Below are positions 57,491-64,000 of a DNA stretch of 64,000 bases, piece by piece. The stretch comes from an uncultured virus (IMG/VR IMGVR_UViG_3300001580_000009) (taxonomy: Duplodnaviria > Heunggongvirae > Uroviricota > Caudoviricetes). The notes beneath the pieces are model-generated. The model saw nothing but the letters and a program-made list of their open reading frames with translations, made no database searches and was not told where the DNA came from. How positions within the stretch are numbered: position 1 is the stretch's first letter; every line of letters starts with the position of its first letter. The stretch lies in IMG/VR virus record IMGVR_UViG_3300001580_000009. The stretch is one strand, 5' to 3'. A program made the position numbers and the translations under genes.

Positions 57491-58972
57491 TTATGAGATG
57501 ACTTTTACTCCATAAAGTTTTTCAAATCGTTCAGCGTCGTTTAGATCATTGACCATAGGTTCGCCGCGAATGTTCAGTGATGTATTCAACAACATTGGAC
57601 AACCTGTAGCATGATACCATCGTTCTAGTAGTCTTCGTATTCCTGATCCATCATTCGGAACAGTTTGTACACGACTAGTGCCATCAAAGTGAGTGATAGC
57701 AGGAAATAAGTCAGGACGCCTGCAACTAGCGATGACTTGCATATACCTACTATTACCCCAACCACGAGGCATGTCAAAGAAATCATGAACCAACTCTTCC
57801 AGAATAACTGGAGCAAAGGGTCTGAATTTTTGTCTGCGTTTAATTTCATTTACTTTATCTTTAATTAAGGGACCTCTAGGATCTGCTAGTAAGCTACGAT
57901 TACCTAATGCTCTAGGACCGAACTCTGCTCTACCACTAGCAACGCCTACCATTTGATTTTCTAATAGTTCTTTTACTATAGATTCTACAGGGTATTCACC
58001 TTCAATTTCATAGCCTAAATAGGCATTTTCCCAGTTTAATTTTTTACCGTAACCTAATGCTGCTGCGCCTAAACTATTACCAGCATCACCGGGGTTAGGC
58101 ATAATCCAAATGCTACTAAAATAATTACCTAGTAAACGATTAGCTAAACAGTTTAATGCTACACCACCACCATATACTAAGTTTCTACTTGTGCCTAGTA
58201 AACTGGCCCGATTCATGACTAGTTTAATCATTGATTCTACAACAGCCTGACTAGATGCAGCAATATCCATAGGATCGGCACCTTTTAAGAAATCTTCATC
58301 TACACCTAAATGAAGATTACGCTTGAATTCTAATGATGTTCTATGTTCTAATAACTCTGCTTCTATTTCGGCTGCATGTATCGCTTTACCGTACGCCGCC
58401 ATACCCATAAGAATATATTCTTCATCTAATGGTACTAAACCTGCACGTTTAGTCATTGCGCTATAGAATAAGCCTATACTATCAGGGTATGTTTTAGACC
58501 ACAACTTTTTATATACTGCTTTACCACTGTAATCATATCTAGCGTCCCAAATAGTGATAGTGTCTAGCTCGCCGATAGCGTCAATAATTACAACCGTTGC
58601 ATCCTTATAAGGACTTGTTTGAAAACCTGCTGCAGCATGACACAAATGATGACTATGCGTATGAACTCGCCTGTTCTCAAATTTCTCTTTGGCGACCTGT
58701 CCAATTATAGACGTAGTTGAAAGTGGTCCTATAAATTGACCAGCACGTAGCTGACGCAATGCTTTTACTAGAGGTTTCTCATAATAATGAAGTTGATAAT
58801 CGGCATCTATAACATAAGATAGTGCGTCACTGATCATATCAGTGGACATTTCTTTGTCATGCTTCATTTTTGTATAGCGTTCGCTATGTCCAGCAAACAA
58901 TATATCTCCGTTGTTACTAACAACGGATAATCCGGCGTCATGGAAGCCGCAACTTAATCCAATGTAATTCAT
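57491..58972 (-). CDS. carbamoyltransferase (NodU/CmcH/TobZ family)
   Basis: HDAG, HHLCHA, GGVALNC, GDAG, EFGPRALGNRS, RPFAP, LNTSLN. Confidence 0.95.
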   Translation of the reverse strand: MNYIGLSCGFHDAGLSVVSNNGDILFAGHSERYTKMKHDKEMSTDMISDALSYVIDADYQLHYYEKPLVKALRQLRAGQFIGPLSTTSIIGQVAKEKFENRRVHTHSHHLCHAAAGFQTSPYKDATVVIIDAIGELDTITIWDARYDYSGKAVYKKLWSKTYPDSIGLFYSAMTKRAGLVPLDEEYILMGMAAYGKAIHAAEIEAELLEHRTSLEFKRNLHLGVDEDFLKGADPMDIAASSQAVVESMIKLVMNRASLLGTSRNLVYGGGVALNCLANRLLGNYFSSIWIMPNPGDAGNSLGAAALGYGKKLNWENAYLGYEIEGEYPVESIVKELLENQMVGVASGRAEFGPRALGNRSLLADPRGPLIKDKVNEIKRRQKFRPFAPVILEELVHDFFDMPRGWGNSRYMQVIASCRRPDLFPAITHFDGTSRVQTVPNDGSGIRRLLERWYHATGCPMLLNTSLNIRGEPMVNDLNDAERFEKLYGVKVIS

Positions 58973-59067
58973 TTGTAAATAAACGGGTCTCTTTTACGTA
59001 ACTCTTTTAATTTCTTACGATACTTATATTCTCTTATAAGTTTTTTAATTAGTCTGGTGATAAACAT
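58969..59067 (-). CDS. 32-aa basic peptide ending KRDPFIYK
   Basis: MFITRLIKKLIREYKYRKKLKELRKRDPFIYK*; ATGA-coupled to the carbamoyltransferase. Confidence 0.6.
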   Translation of the reverse strand: MFITRLIKKLIREYKYRKKLKELRKRDPFIYK

Positions 59068-59804
59068 TTGTTTCTTTCTATAAAATCGTACAAATCTTCA
59101 CTGTACATCTTATGCGGAATTTCTCCGTGATGCCAGTACTTTGCTTTTTCATTGACGAATCCTAAATTCTTATATTTCCAAAAGAATGCCTGATCATTGT
59201 TATTCCAATCAATGTAATGCGATTTATCGATTAGGTCTGTGTAGAACTCTAGATGCGTATTGGGCAATGTAAACATATGCATACTGTTGCACATGACATA
59301 ATCTGCCTCAATACTTCTTAAGAAATATTGCATTTGCAATACATAATTGGCGCTAAGTATTTCCATCAATGTATTATTGCTAGCGATGAATCTATGAAAA
59401 TAAGGGTACATTTCTTTTTCTTCAGCATTCCCTCCCTCATAACCTAGATTGATTCTATGAAAATGTTTACCGGTCTCATCAAACCAGTCCGTGCTATGGC
59501 TAGATCCTTCATACCAAAAAGCATTATTGCTAGGTGCTTCTATACGTGTACTTTCAGTCCAACCTATTAATACGAACAACTTCATATTATCGGGATCATA
59601 AAATTTATCGCACCATTGCAAGACGCTTCGTGCTATACCACTGTTAGTAGCACCATTTTGTGCAACGTTGACTCTACGATAACCCATTTTTTCTGCTAAT
59701 TGCCCACCGAAGGATCGCTGGCGATTGTATTTGCTATCTTCATTACCATCTATTTCAGAACCCGCGGTGTGACTACATCCCGCGATTAGCATTACTTTTT
59801 CCAT
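59049..59804 (-). CDS. SGNH/GDSL-like protein
   Basis: GCSHTAG, G.TN, IGWT...R, C-terminal HH...H. Confidence 0.7.
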   Translation of the reverse strand: MEKVMLIAGCSHTAGSEIDGNEDSKYNRQRSFGGQLAEKMGYRRVNVAQNGATNSGIARSVLQWCDKFYDPDNMKLFVLIGWTESTRIEAPSNNAFWYEGSSHSTDWFDETGKHFHRINLGYEGGNAEEKEMYPYFHRFIASNNTLMEILSANYVLQMQYFLRSIEADYVMCNSMHMFTLPNTHLEFYTDLIDKSHYIDWNNNDQAFFWKYKNLGFVNEKAKYWHHGEIPHKMYSEDLYDFIERNKCLSPD

Positions 59805-61537
59805 TAGCGATCTTCCAATCTATAAGTCGGCGTTGCAAAGACCTGCTCAAACACTTCAAGGTTATGGTTTAAAATTAACTGCATGTCCCTGTAAATTTCT
59901 CGCAATTCTTCTATTGACTTATTATTTATAAAGTCTATTACATCAAAAATTTTTACCAAACGCTTCTCGTGGTCTTCTTCAAGATCATAGCTCTCGTCCC
60001 AATAATCGCTGAAAGTTCTAAACCCATATGACTTCACATATTCAAGTGTATACGGTGGTGCTACTAAAATAAACGGCTTTTTATACTGCATGGGCTGAAA
60101 TGTCTTTTCGCTAAAATTGCCCGTCGGTTGCGCGAATCTAGACTCAGTAACTACATCTACAAATATATCTCTATAGTACGGTTCTAAATGATTGTCAACT
60201 CCGTTAAACAATGCAGGTGTCACCCCTGGATCTATTCCTTGTACTTGAGGCCATATTGTCATCGGTACATTAGGGGCTATCCAATTTGCTGTCACTGTTT
60301 TTTTATCCACGGTTAATGGTCCGTTTTCGTTTATATAACTTGCGTTTTCTAATAGACGGTGATAATGATGTGGATACTTAGTTGCCCAAGAGTTCAAATC
60401 AAAGTTTAAATGACTACCTAGATGTTCAGGCAAGCACTTGAAATACCAACTATAATAACCAGAACATTGTGCGAGGAACGTACTTATCATGTGTCGATGA
60501 TTGGTAAATCTCCAATTCAAAGATATAAATTTCTTTTCAAATTCATAGTTTGTAGTTGGATCAACTCCTTTGATCTTTTTCTGAGTTTTTAAGAACAAAT
60601 CATTAGTAACTAATTCCATTCTCGTATAATAAGGGTAGTATTTTTGTACGTTATACTCACCAGTAGCTACCGTGACTTTTTCTAACTTGTTACGAATAAC
60701 ATATTCTTGAATACTATCCAATTCTTCTGCTCGTAAATTATGAGCAGGTTCTGTGTGCGAGAATTCTGAATAAAACCCTTGAGTATGTTTAGTACCATAT
60801 ATTGTTCTTTCAGATTGTGTTATTGAATAACTACATATAGGTTCGAACAAATGAATTTTCAATCCATGTTTATTCAAGTAATCTATCCCATGTCTGGTAT
60901 GATTTAAATGAGCCAAATCTTTGATATAAGAATTACCAAAGTAAACCATTTGACTAGTAAATGATTCATCGTCTATTGCAGGTATAATTGTGTGTTGGAT
61001 GAACGGGTGCGATACTCTGCCGTCAGCAGGAATATCTACTAAGTTGTAATAGCATAATCCTGTAAGAGTACCTGTATAAATGCTTAAGCCATTTACATAC
61101 ATTAAATACCATGGCTTATTGCCTATATTTGAGTACCCATATTCAACATCTGACTTGAAACTAAACCAGGTACCTTTAACCCATTTCGTGTAAGGTACAT
61201 TATCGATTTCTAAATATTGCCCCGGCTCCCAATCCTCTAGCATTAAAAGTGCGATGTGAGTTATGTTCGGATCGACACGCTTTTCTTTAATATACTCATC
61301 ACAGTCGTCAGTATGAATCGGTAACAAATCAAGCGGTTCGACTTTGATGAATGAATATGTTTGGTTATACAAGCCAAACGCATTAGACATATGTTGTGTC
61401 CATCGAGGCATTATACGATTTTTGTAAACGCTGCGAGAATGAAATTTAACATTAACTATTGGTGTTATGTCATACGGCAATAAGGTAAAATCCTGTTGCC
61501 AAATACAACCAAACACCCCTGTTTGTACTCTGTTCAT
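59804..61537 (-). CDS. two-domain protein: dioxygenase-like N-terminus plus glycosyltransferase-like C-terminus
   Basis: IHTD...LEDWEPGQYLE N-domain; VTESRF...FSEKTFQP..YKKPF...GFRTF...DESYD C-domain. Confidence 0.55.
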   Translation of the reverse strand: MNRVQTGVFGCIWQQDFTLLPYDITPIVNVKFHSRSVYKNRIMPRWTQHMSNAFGLYNQTYSFIKVEPLDLLPIHTDDCDEYIKEKRVDPNITHIALLMLEDWEPGQYLEIDNVPYTKWVKGTWFSFKSDVEYGYSNIGNKPWYLMYVNGLSIYTGTLTGLCYYNLVDIPADGRVSHPFIQHTIIPAIDDESFTSQMVYFGNSYIKDLAHLNHTRHGIDYLNKHGLKIHLFEPICSYSITQSERTIYGTKHTQGFYSEFSHTEPAHNLRAEELDSIQEYVIRNKLEKVTVATGEYNVQKYYPYYTRMELVTNDLFLKTQKKIKGVDPTTNYEFEKKFISLNWRFTNHRHMISTFLAQCSGYYSWYFKCLPEHLGSHLNFDLNSWATKYPHHYHRLLENASYINENGPLTVDKKTVTANWIAPNVPMTIWPQVQGIDPGVTPALFNGVDNHLEPYYRDIFVDVVTESRFAQPTGNFSEKTFQPMQYKKPFILVAPPYTLEYVKSYGFRTFSDYWDESYDLEEDHEKRLVKIFDVIDFINNKSIEELREIYRDMQLILNHNLEVFEQVFATPTYRLEDR

Positions 61538-61545
61538 TAATTACC

Positions 61546-62526
61546 TCAATAATTGCCGCGTACTAAATCTAACGTAACACAATGAAAGCATCCACCCAAT
61601 GTTCTTGCATGGCGCATGGGTAACATCGCACATTCTATTTTATGCTTTTCTAGTTCGATTCTTAGATTATGTTGATTTTCTTCTACGACAGCTAAGTTTG
61701 GACTGACGCTGAATAAATTCATATTGATCCAGGTGCTAGCATTGCAATAGCCCGGATAATGACCAATATCAACTGGCTCAGGGCACCAAATAACATCCCA
61801 GTTACGTAACGATGCAGGTAGTTGATCAACGCTCTTAATTCGTGATGGGTTCAATAGCATCAATCCTTCACGCAAGAATGCTATCGTGCTGTCAAGGTGC
61901 ATATAACTGTAAATGCCCTTGATAGTGTGAACTTTCTTGTTTGGCATTAATTCTTGCAAGAACAACGCACCCTGCTCGTTACCACTATTGCTTACCAAAT
62001 AGTAAATGTCATCATTAGCTCTTAGTATGTTAGCAGCATCAAAGGCAGGTTCAGTTTCGTTAAGTGCCAATATATCAGGGTTACCGATACAATTCTTATT
62101 GTATAATTTTGTTGGGTCAGGTCTTAACGCATATGTTATGTCACCAAACATATGCAACGCTTCTTCCATACTAGTGTATTCATTTACTCTTGATAACAAT
62201 GGAGTAGGTGTCGCTAGTATCAAATTTTCATGTATGAATGTGTCTCTTGGGCAATAGTTGTAATATTCTGGTATTACATTTTTGTTCGGGCGATATACCA
62301 CAACACCTAAACTTATTAAGAATTCAGTGAGTGTTTGTAAGTCTTCATTTGCTTCATCAATTACTTGTTGTGGATAAGGTCCTTGAGGTATTAAGTTGAC
62401 ATTATCAACGTGTGCGTAATTAACAGTTCTCAAGCTGTCATCTAAAAAAGGTATTGTTGCGTAATCTGCTCTACCAACGATAACTGATTTTAACGGGTCC
62501 CATTCATTTTTACTTAACATGGTCAA
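61546..62526 (-). CDS. amidinotransferase (glycine / inosamine-phosphate StrB1-like)
   Basis: NEWDPLK, CPRD, FDAAN, HLDST, GGCFHC. Confidence 0.92.
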   Translation of the reverse strand: MTMLSKNEWDPLKSVIVGRADYATIPFLDDSLRTVNYAHVDNVNLIPQGPYPQQVIDEANEDLQTLTEFLISLGVVVYRPNKNVIPEYYNYCPRDTFIHENLILATPTPLLSRVNEYTSMEEALHMFGDITYALRPDPTKLYNKNCIGNPDILALNETEPAFDAANILRANDDIYYLVSNSGNEQGALFLQELMPNKKVHTIKGIYSYMHLDSTIAFLREGLMLLNPSRIKSVDQLPASLRNWDVIWCPEPVDIGHYPGYCNASTWINMNLFSVSPNLAVVEENQHNLRIELEKHKIECAMLPMRHARTLGGCFHCVTLDLVRGNY

Positions 62527-63103
62527 ATACTTTCAATTCACTAATATCAGGATAATCTTTGTATGACCATTGTCTAGGTGGAGTATCTTTTACTTCATGA
62601 AATCGTTGTATACCTAGCATAGCCGTTTCAGGTGTCATATAATAATGATAACCTAGCATGTCTACATCTTGTTCAGCCCATGGTATATCAGGACTACGAC
62701 CATCGTAACTCATCTTTTTCAACTTAACGTAGTCTTCATCATTATCTACCAATATCATTCCACCGCGACTTAAACCTAAATGTTTCTTAAACTGAAAACT
62801 TAAACACATTAATGTGCCGGGTATATATCCATCTTCTTGCCAATGTACCGCAGCATCAACGATGTTTGAGTTGCCAATGAAATAATACTTCTCCCATTGG
62901 TTATCAACGAATGCCCAGTTTAAATTTAACTTCTCAAAAGTCATAGGTATACTTAGGTAAGTATGTTTAGGGCATGAAGTTTGTTTTATTCCTAGAAAAC
63001 GTAAACACAATTCAATTGCATGTGTGCAACTATCAGTAGCCACAGCATAAGGAGCATTGTAATAATCTGCTATTAATTCTTCAAATTGTTTTACTAGTTT
63101 CAT
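62510..63103 (-). CDS. short DegT-family PLP protein
   Basis: DSCTHAIEL, DAA, SFQFKKHL...GGMI; only 197 aa. Confidence 0.8.
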   Translation of the reverse strand: MKLVKQFEELIADYYNAPYAVATDSCTHAIELCLRFLGIKQTSCPKHTYLSIPMTFEKLNLNWAFVDNQWEKYYFIGNSNIVDAAVHWQEDGYIPGTLMCLSFQFKKHLGLSRGGMILVDNDEDYVKLKKMSYDGRSPDIPWAEQDVDMLGYHYYMTPETAMLGIQRFHEVKDTPPRQWSYKDYPDISELKVFDHVK

Positions 63104-63987
63104 AATGGAAATTGTGCTTTTCTTGCTCTGCGAATGTCCGCAATAGAAACGCTTTGAACTGCAGGTTCTATCTTAGGTGGAGCAAAATCTTCAGATTGAT
63201 ATGCTTGTTTTTCTGGAATCTCAGCACGTTTAACATTAGAAACTTCTACATGAAATTCTGAGAAGTTGCCCCAATCACCATGACCTTTCCAATGTAGTTC
63301 AAATGAAAAATCAACTGTGGCATTTAATTCCGCTTCCTCACGTAATAAATCAGAGAAGTCTTGACCACTACGTCCCTCGTCGTCACTCCATTTTGGCTTT
63401 GCTAGTTTTCTAGCGCGTTTTGCGGTGTTACTTTGTAAACGTGAGTAGTCTTGCGCGTAGAAAGGACCCTTACGGCCTGCAGGTGGACGCTCACGTTCAT
63501 CATATGGATTATCGATCTGATCAAACTTAATGTTGAAGTCAGCTTCCCATTTACCAGCCTCGTCAATCTTAAATTTATAAACAGCATTGTACATGCCCGG
63601 ACCATACTGTGTTCCGAACTCTTTTAGATCAATCTCAGGGTTGAAATATACCTCAGCAGTGTAACCACCGCGAATCTTCCATAACATACGGAAGAACGGC
63701 CACATTTCATTTACTAAATGATCCGCAAAAGTATTGATATTAGGTTTGATTATCATGTAATCAAACTTTTCGTACTCAATCTCACGCATCAAGGTAGGAT
63801 TGTCGAACTCAATCTTATAATGTTCTTTAGCAAGGTTAACTCTTACGGGATATGAGATAGGCACTTCGGTTAAACCCTGAAACATATCTAACCACATGTG
63901 AATTGTTTTCACTCGGGTCATAACATGTGTGCCGCCCTTTGTAAAGTCATTGCTAATCCAGTGACCTTGATATTTGTGCCATGACAC
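63100..63987 (-). CDS. hypothetical protein
   Basis: 295-aa ORF, ATGA-coupled to the DegT-like gene. Confidence 0.7.
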   Translation of the reverse strand: MSWHKYQGHWISNDFTKGGTHVMTRVKTIHMWLDMFQGLTEVPISYPVRVNLAKEHYKIEFDNPTLMREIEYEKFDYMIIKPNINTFADHLVNEMWPFFRMLWKIRGGYTAEVYFNPEIDLKEFGTQYGPGMYNAVYKFKIDEAGKWEADFNIKFDQIDNPYDERERPPAGRKGPFYAQDYSRLQSNTAKRARKLAKPKWSDDEGRSGQDFSDLLREEAELNATVDFSFELHWKGHGDWGNFSEFHVEVSNVKRAEIPEKQAYQSEDFAPPKIEPAVQSVSIADIRRARKAQFPL

Positions 63988-64000
63988 ATTGTAGTCATGA

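Overview
64 kb from a large T4-like (Tevenvirinae-like, probably aquatic) dsDNA phage of a Gram-negative host. Almost all real genes are on the minus strand. Core genes: uvsW, uvsY, uvsX/recA, gp32 SSB, a split terL, thyA, DHFR, an RNA ligase, a MoxR/VWA pair and a spanin pair. Accessory genes include glycan-modification enzymes (amidinotransferase, carbamoyltransferase, two DegT aminotransferases, epimerase, sulfotransferase, a 1922-aa repeat protein), virion/adhesin proteins and a circularly permuted two-piece tmRNA. Nine free-standing homing-endonuclease-like genes (HNH and GIY-YIG) are present. The main observation is a 76-79 bp element fused to the start of six of them, across three different nuclease clades. 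It is bounded by inverted TAAATA/TATTTA late-promoter boxes and has two covarying stems. Their G-U wobbles place the folded structure on the strand antisense to the nuclease, covering its RBS and start codon. It is a candidate shared antisense-RNA or ssDNA-hairpin control module that I do not recognise. Other highlights: terL fractured by an atypically split intein with a GIY-YIG gene between the halves; an endonuclease insertion that replaced the tmRNA tag and 3' end; an HNH insertion that re-supplies the severed C-terminal peptide with its own promoter and leader; and a modular protein with GVAEG linkers that may be a protease-processed polyprotein. All calls come from reading the sequence and motifs; no database searches were run.
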